The notes below the pieces were generated by a model. That model was not told the origin of the DNA, ran no database searches, and saw nothing but the letters and a program-made list of their open reading frames with translations. From Atractiella rhizophila (taxonomy: Eukaryota), in contig MU271250.1 of assembly GCA_021432655.1 (NCBI GenBank), positions 1 to 64,000 on the forward strand: a stretch of 64,000 bases of DNA. Reading direction: 5' to 3'. Numbering within the stretch: position 1 is the stretch's first letter; each line of letters begins with the position of its first letter. The translations under genes were made by a program, and so were the position numbers. Positions 35,800 through 49,354 of the stretch are shown here, one piece after another.

Positions 35800-38640
35800 T
35801 CACTTCTCTTGTTTCATGTAAGCACGTCGGATGAAGAACAGTATAGCACTTGCTTGCTGACAACGATCATCGCAAACACGATGAGGACGACTGGGACTGC
35901 ACATTTGGATGTCAGCAAAGAATGAAGCGAGTAGGACGCACTCAACCAATCCGCCACGGCCAGTTGATACGGTATCAGTTGATGCTCATGCCCTATAGAG
36001 AAGAGCGCAAAAAAACAGGAAGATCATGCCAAAGACCGAGACAATTGCAAGTGAGATGTAATCCCACATGTCTTGTTTGAGCCTGTATAAGCAACCCTGA
36101 ACGTTTACAAAATGGGGAGCACACCTTTTGGCAGACACGTATTCAAACGGAGAGCGATAATAGAAATTAAGAATCCGCCAGCCACCGGAAGGTGGAATAG
36201 AGAAGGTTTCAAAGTGTTGGTGTAGACTTGTGCAGTCCAACAGACATAATTATCTTACGTTCAGAGTCAGTAAACAACTTTTAGACCAGGCTGTGAAATG
36301 AAGAGGATTGACTACCTACCGTAGGAAACAAAACCCGAAATCGTGAATGCACGGCCAGTATAGATCGTTTCCTCATCCAAATTAATCTTGAACACTTTAG
36401 ACCCTCCGGGAATGATTGCGATACAGAGTTTGTATACCTTAGAGAGAGTGACCTCACGTACAACAACGTATGCAGCTCCGTATGCTTGACATATCAGGTC
36501 CTCCTGAGCTCTATTGCATCCATTCTCAGCCAAAATTTGGTAGAATGTGGTATTTGCCTTCCAGAGCTGAAAATGATTCCAAGTCGATCTCCTCAGTCAA
36601 GAAATGACAACTTACGAAGCCTAACCTGTAACAAATTAGAAGCTTCAAGGGAAATGAGTGGGCGAGACGAACCAGCTATAGTCGCCGACATACGCCTTCA
36701 TAAAATGGATAATCTCTTTGTTGTTCCCGTCCTGGATGTCAAAAGGCTGGATGTCAAAAGGCGTGCTAGGAGTACAATTGTTGAGGAAATTGTTGAGGAG
36801 ATTGTTGACATCTTGGTCAATGATAAACGTGGTAGTTTGATCCACAACGAGGATCACTAGCCTGTCGGCGAGGTCTGCCGCATTCTGATGGCCGATACAC
36901 TAATGTCAGATCGGAACACAAGCTTACTCAAACTGACTATCAAGTTCAGGCAGCTAGCCATACTGAAGAACCTAGATGCGGGCTTAGTAGGGCAACGTAG
37001 AACTCAGTAGGCTGGAGATGAACAAGAAAACAATGCACAGTTGCACAAAAAAATGCGCATACAACCATCAGATAGTGCGGAGACGACTTCCGTCAATTTT
37101 TTTGGCAAATCCGTCAAAATAAATTGCCCTGAAAATGGTGACGATAGATCACGAAAACTACCAAGTTGCATACCAGACGCAGTAGATGACGAGAAATGAG
37201 CACAACAGCTGGATATAACGCTGTACCCAGAACCTCCAACGAGAAATTTGCCCACTTGAACAATGAATATGATGGCTTCAAATCAGTCACAGTACACTCG
37301 CGCAGTCACCTCTTACCGAGAATAATGAGCGTGAACAGGCCCACCCTCGCTCCCAACTGAGTTCGTGTGAACCTGATATAACCGTTCACCCGAGTGACCA
37401 TCGCCTCCGCAGCGAGCTCTACACTGATGGCGCCGAACCAAACGGCGAGCTTGTTTTTAACTGGGATGTCTCATAAGTAGAACATATCCCACAGCCCACA
37501 CGATCGCAGAGACAGCGGCAGACAAAATAGGGAAGAAGAATCGGCCTTCTAAATTGTCTAGTCGAAATCGGCTATTTTTCGTAATCGATATAAAGTTGCA
37601 CTCAACTTATATCAGACGTCTGACCGTCACATGGTGGCAATTACTTACGACGAACATATTGGAGGACGAGCACAACCCGAGAAATGATGTAGACAACGGC
37701 AAAGGTTTGCAAAGCAGATGTTGTGTCCTTGTCGTTAAATATGGGCAAGATGTCCGCCTCCTCCTGGTTGAACCATCCGTTGCCAGCATTTGCTCGGTAG
37801 TGAAATTCTGCATTGACGGTCAGATAGCTTTGAGAATGGCGCAAAGACAGGCATCGGCCAGTGGGTAGGAACCCAGAGTGGCAAAGATGAGGAGCTGTGA
37901 AGTGCAGATTGCCAGCGAGAAGTTGCAAACGGTCCGAAAGCGACTGACCTGATAGATTTTGATGAACCTAGTAAAACCATCCGACGTTTGAAACTTCAGA
38001 TCAAGCAAAATTTGTGAGTTCCAAATCCACCAAATCACGATGAAGTAGGCAGCATAGTTAACGAGTTGCGCTTTTGTTGACAGCTCGTGGTCGTCATTAA
38101 ATGTGGCAAGGGATCCGACCTGATACTCAATAAGCGCTTGTAATGTACGGTCGACTTACGAAGAACAAATCGGTCAGACCATCTAGGCAATAGTCAATTG
38201 GTGTAACTCTGACTTGGAGAAAACCCACCCAGCCATTCCTCATCCGGTGCTGATGGTGCATCCTGGTCCTCTTCGTTCTCAATTGTCGACGTGGACGGTT
38301 CTGCCCCCTCTGTTATGTAACCATTGACAATACTTCGAGAATCTGTCCACTCAGGTTGGCTGACAAAAAAAAGTCAGTGGAAAAGTCAGGAAGACGGTGT
38401 CTGAACAAACTTGTAGTCCCGGAACAAGTATTTCCTCTCAGTGTCAGAGAAAGGGTTGACAGACCAATGGATGTAGCGTTTCAAGCGTTCGTATTGCAAA
38501 GTCAAGCTGTCATGCTTCAGTAACAGTATCCGGAGTCAAAATTTGAGGATCTTCACTCTAATTTAGGAATCCCAAATAGGGTTCCCTTATCCTTTTTGGT
38601 TTCAGCCTCACGTTGAGTGCAGGTGAGGGGGTAGCTCATC
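35800..38640 (-). CDS. LtrA (low temperature requirement A)-like multi-pass membrane protein, many introns, ends approximate
   Basis: Spliced translation EEWLDGLTDLFF^VGSLATF...YFIVIWWIWNSQILLDLKFQTSD and ARVGLFTLIILG resemble LtrA-family motifs. Confidence 0.65.
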
Positions 38641-39618
38641 TTTAAGATGGAAGAATCAAATGTCAGAGGCAGCACCTCTCCTCTACCTATCTTTTTAAGG
38701 GTGCCAAGAAACTGATTGAAAGCGAAAATATGATCGGATGTACCATAGAGTGGAACATCTCGTGAAGCACCAGCTTCCTCAATGAATGTAAACTGGTTCA
38801 TGCAGATTGACTTGGAAGGAGAATCCGTTCTGAGACATAACCCACGGCTGGGTATGAGAGCTACAGGTGCAGCAGACAACGGCGAGAAGCTTTTAGAGAA
38901 CTTTTGTACTCCTCCGTATCTCCTCGTGGTGGGTCTAGCATTGACCCAGGCGTCCGTTCGTGAAGGGAGTTAGTACAAATTGATGTGGAAAGCATTAGTC
39001 TGTGGAGGTTCTAGATCATTCGCCAACAGAGGAGCAATAACAAACACTTTGTCGTGATGTGGTTACTGTAAAGAAAGGTTAATCGCCCTTTATTCTGAAT
39101 GCAGCCACGGTTCTCTGAGATTTCAAGAGACCAACAAGTTGAACTGTGGCCACGCTTGTTGAATCACTGTCGCAAGCAATCGCAGTAATTACAGTCCCGC
39201 GATAAAAGCCTTACTGTGCCCGACTCTGCCTTCAGCTTTCAATTAAATACGAACACTTAGATTACGCAAATACTCAATGCTTCTTCAAGTCCCATCAAAT
39301 CTGCGTGCAAATACGTTATTTCCTGCGGTGACTGGAGGTTTGGAGCAAGCTCGAAATAGAGAAGAGACCATCCTTCCACTCAATCTTGCATCCTCTCTAA
39401 TTACATCGATACTGGAAGCCACCGACCCTGTTATGCTGCACCGCCAAGAAGGAACCCCTGGCGATGATCCCCTTCTATTGCAGAACGAATTCCGCTCACT
39501 TATAACCAAAGGTGCGAGCCACATCCTCCTCTTCACTCTTTCTACCATACCTCCCTAACTGCATCCCCTCTTCCGCTCGTCCACCCATCTCATCCCTCAT
39601 TTCATTCCGGTCCAGTCT

Positions 39619-42600
39619 ATGAGCAAAATCCCCAATCCGGCAGCCTCCGGAGGACACGATGTCGTCCGCTCCGCCCTCGATGCCTGTAGTACGGCACTTC
39701 GATATGCCACGTCAATCTCATGTGTTGCCCCTGTTCCCGGACTCTCTGCCGGTCTCGGCGCTCTACAGACGCTGGTTACTCAACTTCAGGTAGAGTCTTC
39801 TGTTCCTGCTTCGATGATAATTTAGCGAGTTTGTTCACCGCGACATCTTGTTTCGCAGACAATGAAGGACAATAACGAAAGACGGGACGTCTTTGTCCGT
39901 CATATCGCGCAACTGGTACAACTGATATCAAACTCAATTCAAGAGATCGAGAGAGACTCGAAACTGCAATTTTCCCCGAGTCTTTCGAAAGCTATGGACG
40001 AACTTACACAGTGAGTGCTATCGTGGGTTCAAAACCTTGATTTATACTTATGTGTCTTAACCCATTAGGGACGTTAACGCAATGATCGCGGACGTAGAAA
40101 AGATGAAACGTCAAGGAGCAGCCAAGCGGTTTTGCAAATCAAGTCAGAACGCCGCAAAATTGACTGAGCTGACGGGGAGAATTAACCATGCAATGAGTAG
40201 ATTTAGCGTAAGCAAAAGCTCTCGCCCAGCTTTATATAAAACACATCTCATTAACTCTGAATATCTAGGTTCGGGGAAGTATCACTGTGGAAGCACATGT
40301 GCTCGCTATAGCAGAGAGACAGATTACTCAGCGTAAGGATGATTTGACGCACAATACGAGAAATCCCTGACTGATCAAATTCTTATTACAGTTGAGAAAG
40401 AGAACGAATGGCGCCAACAGGAGGCTGTTCGGCGAAAACAAAAGGAAGAAGAAAAGCATCGAAAGCATGAAGAAGAAATCTTACAGAAACTACCTCAGGA
40501 GGAAGTTGGGTACCGGTCGGCCCTCAATATTGTCACCCACGGGGTTCATCCAGCTACCCGAATAGAAGTACTGCAAAAGGTATCTGGCTGGGCCGATTCC
40601 ATCGACGCCATCGAAAAGATGTACATCCTCACCGGTGCCTTTGGTACTGGCAAATCCGCCATCGCCTACACCGTCGCCGAAACCCTCGAAAATCAAAACA
40701 AACTAGGAGGTTCTTACTTCTTCTGCAGGGACAATGTTGGGTCCTTGAATATCCAGAACTTCGTTGGACCGATCGCCCGCCAGCTTGCCAACTCGATCCC
40801 AGCCGTACGCCACCACATCGTTGAAGCCATAGAAGAACGCAAAAGCGCTGGTCCATTCACCCTTGCTGAAGACTTCAGGCATCTCATTATCGAACCCCTT
40901 TCCAAAGTTTCCGGGTATCAAACTCCGGTAATTATTGTTGTGGATGCGCTCGACGAATGCCCCGAACGTGAAGGGGTAAAGGAACTCTTCCAACTCATTT
41001 CTGCTTCGCTACCTAAACTGAACTTTCCTCTCAAGTTCTTCCTCACCGGACGTCCAGAGTCCCACCGTGACTTTACGGAGCTAAGCTCTTGTATCCTTCA
41101 CGAGCTGAAGAAGGAAGTTGTGGATATGGACATTCGGACTGTCTTAGTCGATGGTCTTGAAAAGGTCGCCATCGAGAACAAGTGTGCCGGGATGGAGCAC
41201 CCTCCTACGACGATCAATAACCTCGTCAATAAAGCTCAAGGTCTTTTCATTTTCATCGATACTTTGATCAGGCATCTGTTGGAAGATGACCCTATTCCAT
41301 GGGAGACAAAGCTCCAAGAAATATTGGAGTTGCCAAGTGAAGATGGTTCACAAATAGATCTTCTCGATGGTCTGTACCACAAAGTTCTCTCCGCCGTGCT
41401 AGATTGCTCAAAGTCCCAGAAGATCCAAGACAGGAATCGCAACATCATTCTTCAAGTTCTTGGCTTCGTCATCATGCTTTACGAACCCCTCTCCCCGACA
41501 TCGCTGGCCCATCTCATCTCATACGACACACCCAAGACGATGCAAACGGCCAAGAACGTGAGGCTTGTCCTTCATCGTCTTAGCTCCGTCATTCTCGTCC
41601 CCAAGGAGAACCACGACCTCATTCGTACTCTTCATGCATCCTTCGTCAATTACATTACCGATCCTACGCGGTGTTCCGACTCCAAGTTATTTGTCGACCC
41701 AGCGCTTTATCATATTCGAATTGCATCTTCGTGCTTGGACTTCCTTCACGATAACCTAAAGCGCAATATCTTAAACCTTCCTGATCCCTGCATCCTCAAC
41801 TCTGAAATTCCCAACCTCCCCGACCTCATCCACCAACTTATCCCTCCTCACCTTCAATACGCCTGTACACATGGCCTATCGCATCTCGCGAATATCACCA
41901 ATCCTTCCCCCGAACTGCTCAAAAAGGTTTCCAAGTTTGCCGAAGAACACGTTATACACTTTTTGGAAGTCATGAGCCTACTGAAAAGGGTTGGCATCGC
42001 TGTCCGGGTTCTTGGGACTGTACTCAAGTGGTACCAGGTGAGAGCTGTGCCAAACGAACCGCACACTTCGTCGATACTGATCATCCATTTTTGCACCACA
42101 GAACCTTGTCACGGAGGGAGACTCTCGAGTTACCTCGCTCCTATCTGACAGCTGCCGCTTTGTGGGTCGTTTCTCCGAGGTGATCAGTGCCTCCGCAGGT
42201 CATATCTACCTCTCAGCTTTAACCCTATCCCCGGAGTGTACCCTTCGTACGACCTACTTGACTCCTCCTTGGGGTTCAGTCAAAGTAGTTCGTGGACGGG
42301 AGGAGTCATGGGACGCTTGCTGGAACAACGTTGTTAAAGGAGCTCCATGCACCGCATTAACCTATTCACCCGACTCCATCAAGATCGCCGCAGGCTCCGA
42401 CGATCAGACAGTCAGGATATGGGATGCAGCCACCGGTAAGCAGCTTCATGTTCTCCGTGGCCATTCCGGATGGGTCCGCGCCGTTGCGTTCTCTGCAGAC
42501 GGACAGCAGGTTGCCTCTGGCGCTTCCGATTCTGCAATCCGTATATGGGATACAGAGAAGGGCCAGTGTCTAAACGTCCTTCGGGGACATACGGGCTGGG

Positions 42601-44306
42601 TCCACACCGTCGCCTTCTCTCCCAACGGGGAGTTCATCGTTTCGGGGTCGCAAGATCATACGGTGAGGATCTGGAATGCGACTACAGGAGAACAACTCAA
42701 AGTCCTCCAAGGCCATACCGACTATCTTCGTGCCGTAACTTTCTCTCCAGACGGAGCACGAGTCGCCTCCGGCGCCTCCGATATGACGGTCAGAATCTGG
42801 GATGTACCGACAGGAGAACAACTAACCGTCCTCCAATGCCAATCCGACTTCATTCGCGCAATATGCTTCTCGAACGATGGAACCAAAGTCGCCCTCGCTT
42901 CTGATGACAAGACAGTCCAAGTCTGGAACGTTTCCACCCAAGAACAACTTCATGTCCTTCGTGGCCATTCAGATGCCGTTCGCGGTGTATGCTTCTCTCC
43001 CAACGGAGATAAGATTGTCTCTGGAGCTGACGATAAGACGGTCCGCGTGTGGGATGTAGCCACGGGCGAGCAGCTCAAACTCATCTCAGGCCATACTGGC
43101 TGGATTCATGCCGTCGCCTACTCGCCCGACGGAGCCACAATTACATCGAGTTCGGAAGACCAGACCATTAAGACCTGGGACGCCCTCACCGGCCAGCATC
43201 TCAAGACCCTCGAAAGCGACTCCGAACTTCTTTCCACTTATGCAACGAAGGATATCCCCAAACCCTCTGACCCTCCATCACAAGCACCCGAGGTCGCCGT
43301 GAAACCACAACCCAACGCCCTCCAAGGACACTCGGACTTCGTTCGAGCCGTATCCTTCTCCCCCGATGGATCCAAGGTGGCGACAGGTTCTTTCGATTCT
43401 ACGGTCAGAATCTGGGATGCTGTCACCGGGGACCAACTGAGCATTCTTCGCGGACATACGAATTTCGTTCGCGCGGTACGGTTCTCGCCAGATGGAACGA
43501 AGGTGGGATCTGGCTCCGACGACAAGACAGCGCGTATCTGGGATATTGCCACCGGAGAGTATCTTGAGCTCAAAGATCACGAAAACGACGTTCGCGCCGT
43601 AGCCTTTTCTCCTAATGGATGGAAGTTTGCTACAGGTTCAGACGACAAGACGATCCGCATCTGGAACGTTGTCGAGGGGAAGCTGCTTGTAACCCTTTCC
43701 GGTCATACTGGTTGGGTTCAGGCAGTATCGTTCTCTCCCGACGGAGCAAGGCTGGCGTCGGGGTCCTCGGACTTGACCCTCCGGATATGGGATTTAAAGA
43801 CCGAAGAATGCCTCAATGTTCTCCAAGGGCACTCTGGCTGGATCCTCGCGGTAAGCTTCTCTCCGAAAGGAGACGTCGTTGCTTCCGGATCTTCCGACAA
43901 GACGGTACGCCTGTGGGATGCTGCGACGGGAAAAGGACTCAAGGTTCTTCAAGGTCACACCCATTGGCTCTCCACCTTATCCTTCTCCGCCGAAGGATCT
44001 ACGCTGACTTCCGAAGATACGGGTGGTCATACCATCCGATGGAATGTGGAGCATGGTATTGAAGTGACGGAAGATAACCGAAAACTCATTCAGCCTTCAC
44101 CTCACGTTTCCCTAAATAACTCTCTTCTCTTTTGTTCGCTGAAAAGTGATGGACCCGACGGTACCTTTGCTATTCGATCTCACTCTAGTCAACTCCTTTT
44201 CCTCCTTCCTCCCTCGGTTCATCGGGTATCTCATTCTATTTCTCTGGACCATAGTACTCTTGCCGTTGGATCCCGCTCAGGGCAACTATACATATTTTGT
44301 ATTTAA
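39619..44306 (+). CDS. Intact fungal NLR: MLKL/HeLo-like helical N-terminus, NACHT and WD40 (HET-E/NWD-like)
   Basis: Five GT-AG introns splice in frame. P-loop GAFGTGKS, Walker B IIVVDALDEC, FFLTGRPE, LHASF, and 13 clear WD repeats. Confidence 0.92.
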
Positions 44307-44779
44307 GCCGTATGATGAATTTTAGACCAAAATGGTTGTTCTCTCTAAGACAGGGATGGTGGTTATTTCCAAGATTAATGCGAAACACCTAGTTAAATAA
44401 TAAAAGGTGGATAGGGATATTGAATAGCACGGCGTAAAACGCCGTCGCCACTTTATTCTATTCTACTTTCATCACCGATCCCTCAGTGTCACACGCTCTT
44501 TTTCGTCTATAAATCCTGTTTAGATCCAGATGAGAACGCCATCGCTATTCAGCTCTGACATCTTGTCTGGATAATACACTCGTTCTTCTCTCTCCATTGT
44601 ACATTAAGTGCTCACCGCACCTTCCGTCATTATGCTCGCTATGCACTCCGCTCTACACTGTCGTTTAACAAGGGATGGATAGTGCAATATGGCGAAGATG
44701 AGATGGAAACTATCTGAGTAGAACAATTCTTCTGAAACATTTGTTAAACAGGCGGAGCCGGGGTGAAGCGATAGCGGTG

Positions 44780-46140
44780 TGGTAGCGAGCGGATAGCAGA
44801 CAGTGCCCGCCGCAGAACCACTCCTCTGCCACCTAAGAGAGACCATCGACCCTCTGCTGGCCGTCCATCCACTCAAGCATGTGGCGGGAGGGCTCAGGAA
44901 GGTTGGTGATGGAGAAGAGGCCAGGGGAAGAGAGGGTCAAGAACTTTGCAAAGACCCTGGAAGAGGAGACCTACAAGGGATACGGCCAAGTGTTCACATG
45001 CCTACTGTCCTTTCTGCTTAGATGCCTAAAGAACTGCGGAGAGGAGCACCTACCAAACATCGAAGACCCCATGTTAGCCTCATGCCTAGAAGATCTGGAA
45101 GAGATGGTGAAGGAGGAAAAACCCTACTGAGCAATCCAATGGGTAGCAGAGAAGCCATCCCAAGGGTAGGACGACAGGGAACACATGGCCATACAGTTCC
45201 TCATGTGGCATGCAGAGGGGACATAGACAGGAACGGACAAGACGACATCCCCAATATCAGCCCTAGAATTCCCCATTTGCCTCGACGGGCCGTCCGAACA
45301 CAATAACAGAAGGGGCCGAGGCGGTCCAGAGAGCGCCGCAGCTCACGCTGGACACAGTTTGGAACACTGTGGGAGATTTATGTTAGTGAAGAAGACCATC
45401 ACCTACCAAATACACTCAGAAGATCACCTAGGGGACCTCAACTTTGTCTGGCTGGACCAGCACTTCAACTCCTGCTCCTACCACTGGCAGGACAAGGGGT
45501 ACTCCCTCACGTCAGCGTACCGGATGCTGCTGCACCTCATGACCAATGCGCTAAAGAAAAAGGCCCTGTGTGGCCTCTCATTCGACTTTGACCCGCTCAA
45601 GGGGCGAGACTTCACAGACCACCTGGGCGACAACTTCCTGATGGAGACAAGCAACAACCTCAGCAAGCACTATGTGGACTTCTTCCACCTCCTACCAGGC
45701 AACAGAAGCCTGAACCTCGAGCACACGACAATGGACAGCCGATGGAACCACACAGTGATGAATCGTTCCAACAAGAGAGCACAGACGGCCCTCAACCACG
45801 TCCTCTCCCTGTCATGCCTATATTGGGGAGGACCAGCCAGGGGCACAGAAATCGCCACGATCAGGCTGACCAACTCAACGACCGGAGAAGGAATCAGGAA
45901 CGTGTTCTGGTACAAGGGGACACTATGCTTCATCACTACCTACAAGTCACAGGTACAGATGGAGAAGGTAAACAGGATTGTGAGATTTGTACAATCGGCG
46001 GTGGCAGAGCTCTGGCTGCAGTGCCTGGTCTGGGTGAGGCCAGTAGAAATGTAAGCGTCACCACACAGAGCAGCACTAAGACCACCAACAGCTCAAACGA
46101 ACAGCTCCCAGCAACAAACCCAAACTTGCTGCACCCAAAG
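44780..46140 (+). pseudogene. Fragment of a telomere-linked RecQ helicase (TLH)-type gene, recombinase-like central domain
   Basis: GGPARGTEIATIRLTN...IRNVFWYKG...TTYK...IVRFV...LVWVRP matches my recollection of this family. Upstream parts have stops, and no helicase domain follows. Confidence 0.6.
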
Positions 46141-46899
46141 CAGGACTGGAGGACGAAGGGGGAAACTTGGAGCTGTTGTGGGAGTTAAATAGAAAAGCTG
46201 GTTTGTCTATCCTTTCTTGCTGGCTATTGCTGATGTGTTTGGAAGGTGGATTTGCCCTCCAGCTCCACCATGTGGCTCCTCAGCCTCAATTATCATTGTG
46301 TGGGCCACTCCCTCCCACCTGCCCCCTCAATATGAAAGGACACGTAATAAGGTGGATGCTTAAGAGCAAGTTCGAATTTTTTTAGCTTTCAACAATCATA
46401 CTTTCATAATAACATGGTAATGCATTTTAATTGCTCAATATACTTATATTCTAAGGTCCCCCTGCATTATCCATTGAAAGTATGAAGTGTGCATGCATAA
46501 AAGACAGTAGAGGTCATTGCCAATAATGCCTATATAGAGGCTGGTTTGAAAGGGATCATAGGTCTTGAAAGGTCCACTCCAAAGAACACCTTTCCACAAG
46601 TGTGCATCAGATGCTCATAGACAATTTGCTCTGAAAGCACCATAGGAGTCCTATGAAGCCTGTCATAGGCGGACACCTTCCCAGGAGCCTATAGACCTAT
46701 TGTACCATGCATAGGTTATCATAGGCTCAGAGGTAAGGTGTTAGATTTTGCTGATGTAGTCTGTCTGCTCTCTAATATGATCACAACAACAACAACCATA
46801 TCAATTTCCAAGCTCAGACAAAAGACTTTACCGGATTACAACATTGACCCACAGTGAAAGCACTCGATGGATTGGGGACACCATCCAGTCTATCAGATT

Positions 46900-48010
46900 G
46901 GGGCATGTGTGAACGGTACAGCAATTAGTTACAACCTTTTTCCTATCACCAAATGCTTCTTCAATTTTGTGCAGGTGGGATGGGTAATAAAAGAGACTCA
47001 CCTTGTTTCATATCTTTTGCAGTGTAAGTCAAAAACTCCAACATCACTCCTCTCCAGCCTCACAAACCCAGTTCCATTTGTACTCCTCCATCATCACCAC
47101 CCCCCATAATCTCTCACCGTGGCCCTGGCAAAACGGATATCCTATTCGAGCCACTCTCCAAAGAATAAAAGAACCCCCAACCTGTATCCTCTGGTACCTT
47201 TTTTCTTCCCTTCAGACATATCCATCACATCCCATACACCCTTTATCCCCCTATTCCGAAAGAACCAGCGGATAAAGTATGGGAAAGTGAACCCAGGGAA
47301 TTGGACCAGTCCACGACACAATACCAAAAATCCATGTAGCTTATCGCCTTTACATTTCTGAAAGTATTGAAGAACTGATGGGGAACAAGGTTTGACGTTT
47401 CCTCGCCGGCGTTGAGGGAGAGGGTTGTGAGGTGTGTGAGGTGTGAAAAGTTGAGCGGAGTGAGGAGTTCGGAGGTCTTTCCATCAGGTGAGTAGGGTGC
47501 TAGCCTGAGATCGATCTTTTCTAGAACAGGCAGCAGAGCGGAGTTTGAGATGGATGGAGGGAGTGGGCACATGTTGTAGAGTTCTAGCTGGGAGAGGGTT
47601 TATGAGAAGGAGAGCGATGTGAGAGGTGGGTACTTTTGAAGTGATAGATACTCGAGGCCGGGAGCTAATTGAAGGCTCGCTGTTGACGAAGGTGAAAGTT
47701 CTCCATGTCAAAAGCAGAGAGCCGTTTGATCCTGACACCGATTCTCCATACAAACTTCTCGACCTCCTCCTTCTTCCACTTTCTTGAACTGTTGATTCCA
47801 AAGTTTACGCTGACCACCTTCATCAAGCCTTCAATCGTATCCAGCACAATCTCCGCCTCCGCCACACTCCAAAATGCGTTCAACTTCACATACGTGACAT
47901 TTGGTGAGCCAGCGATGATCTCTTTCACCATCACAACACTGATATCTTCTTTCAACTTCAGATACTTCCACAGGCATCCAGCACCAGGATAGCATTTCAC
48001 GTGAGCATAC
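46900..48010 (-). pseudogene. Decayed LRR/F-box-like lineage-specific gene
   Basis: Frameshifted pieces SPNVTYVKLNAFW... and LEKIDLRL...FSHLTHLTTLSL. Confidence 0.45.
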
Positions 48011-49354
48011 TTATCCTTTCATGCAAAAAAGGAGCAGAAGCAGTTTCCCAGAGCTGGCAGACATCAGGAAGCCCGGAAGCCATCTCCCATTCCAAGGAAT
48101 CACTCACATCCAAGCCAGATGTGAGGAAAGTGAAGATGTGGGAAAGGAGCTCGATAGGCACGCGTGAGATGTAGCATACACCGGAAGGTGGGGGAAGCGA
48201 GAGTTGAATAATAATCTGCTTTGATGTGCAGGAGCCAGGTATAGGGGTTCATCGACGTCATAGATGGGGATGCAGTGGTAGTTGTAGTTGTAGTTGTTGT
48301 TGTATTTAGCGACATGGGCGAAGATGGAGTCAGAATGGTCTGCTGGCATAGGAAACGTACCAGTGAAGCATGGTTGCAGATCATCCGAATAGTGTGAGGA
48401 AGGGTAAGATTCTGGCTGTTCGGCTTTGCCAAAAGTTAAAGAGTGTCATCTTCAATGTTAGGACGTATGACATAGTTGAAGGTGATGCAGAGTGGACGAA
48501 TCGGAGGCAGTAGGCTAGATAGAAAATGTAAGATGTGAGCCATGAGTCAGTCCGTCCTGATTCTATCTTTCTACCTTTCTCGTCTGCTTTTCTCATTTGT
48601 CCTTTTCGAACAACCACCAGTTCAAAACCCTCTTGTGTGGTTTTTCCTTCTCTTGGTTTGCGTTCACCGTACAGTTACTGTGTCCCTTTTGCTGCCCTCC
48701 TTACAGGTTCCCTTCAGTCCAGTCACAGTTGTGCCTCGTTTCTCTACCTTTGCGTTACAAGAAGGCTAGACACCGGAAAGTGAGTCTCCTTCGTTTCTTG
48801 TCTTGTTGATCATTCTTATTCTGTTGAAAGCCGACTCTGACCTTTGGGGACTGCTGCTGTTTTTAATATCCTTGGCTTCTGGTGTCTAGGTATGTTCTTG
48901 TATCTTATTGCTGTCCACCAATACTTCATGCATTGCAATGTCTAGCTAACTACCCCTAAATGTGCACGAGAAGTGTACGAATGCACCCGCCCGATCGTCA
49001 GCTTAGATGTGAAGGAGAAAGCAAGAAACAGCTATCAGGTCATCATTGCGGTGTCACAAGAGGAAACTCGGAAGGTTGAGCGGCCTTCATGAACCGTGAC
49101 AACCAGGATTGTGAGGATGAAGGGGAAGGCTGCTCAGGCTGAGCTGTCATGAGATTGCGGGTGTGATGTTGTCTAGCTGCTGGGAGGATAGAAGGGAAAC
49201 GTCCAGACGTTGGAACTAGCACGACGAATATAATCGACTCTGCGGCCAGAATATCGGGCCGCAGAGGTAAGTAAAAGACCAGAAAAATAAAGTTTCTAGT
49301 CCTGGTCTAAGGGCGGACAGGAGTTCAAAATTAGCATTGGCAGCCACGATTAAC

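Noticed and set aside
44423..44439. Hairpin ACGGCGT-AAA-ACGCCGT as a Helitron end
   Set aside because: There is no CTRR at the expected distance on either strand.
49238..49266. Perfect 10-bp inverted repeat
   Set aside because: It is isolated with no supporting context, and the CGG-CCG spacing of 13 matches no site I can assign.
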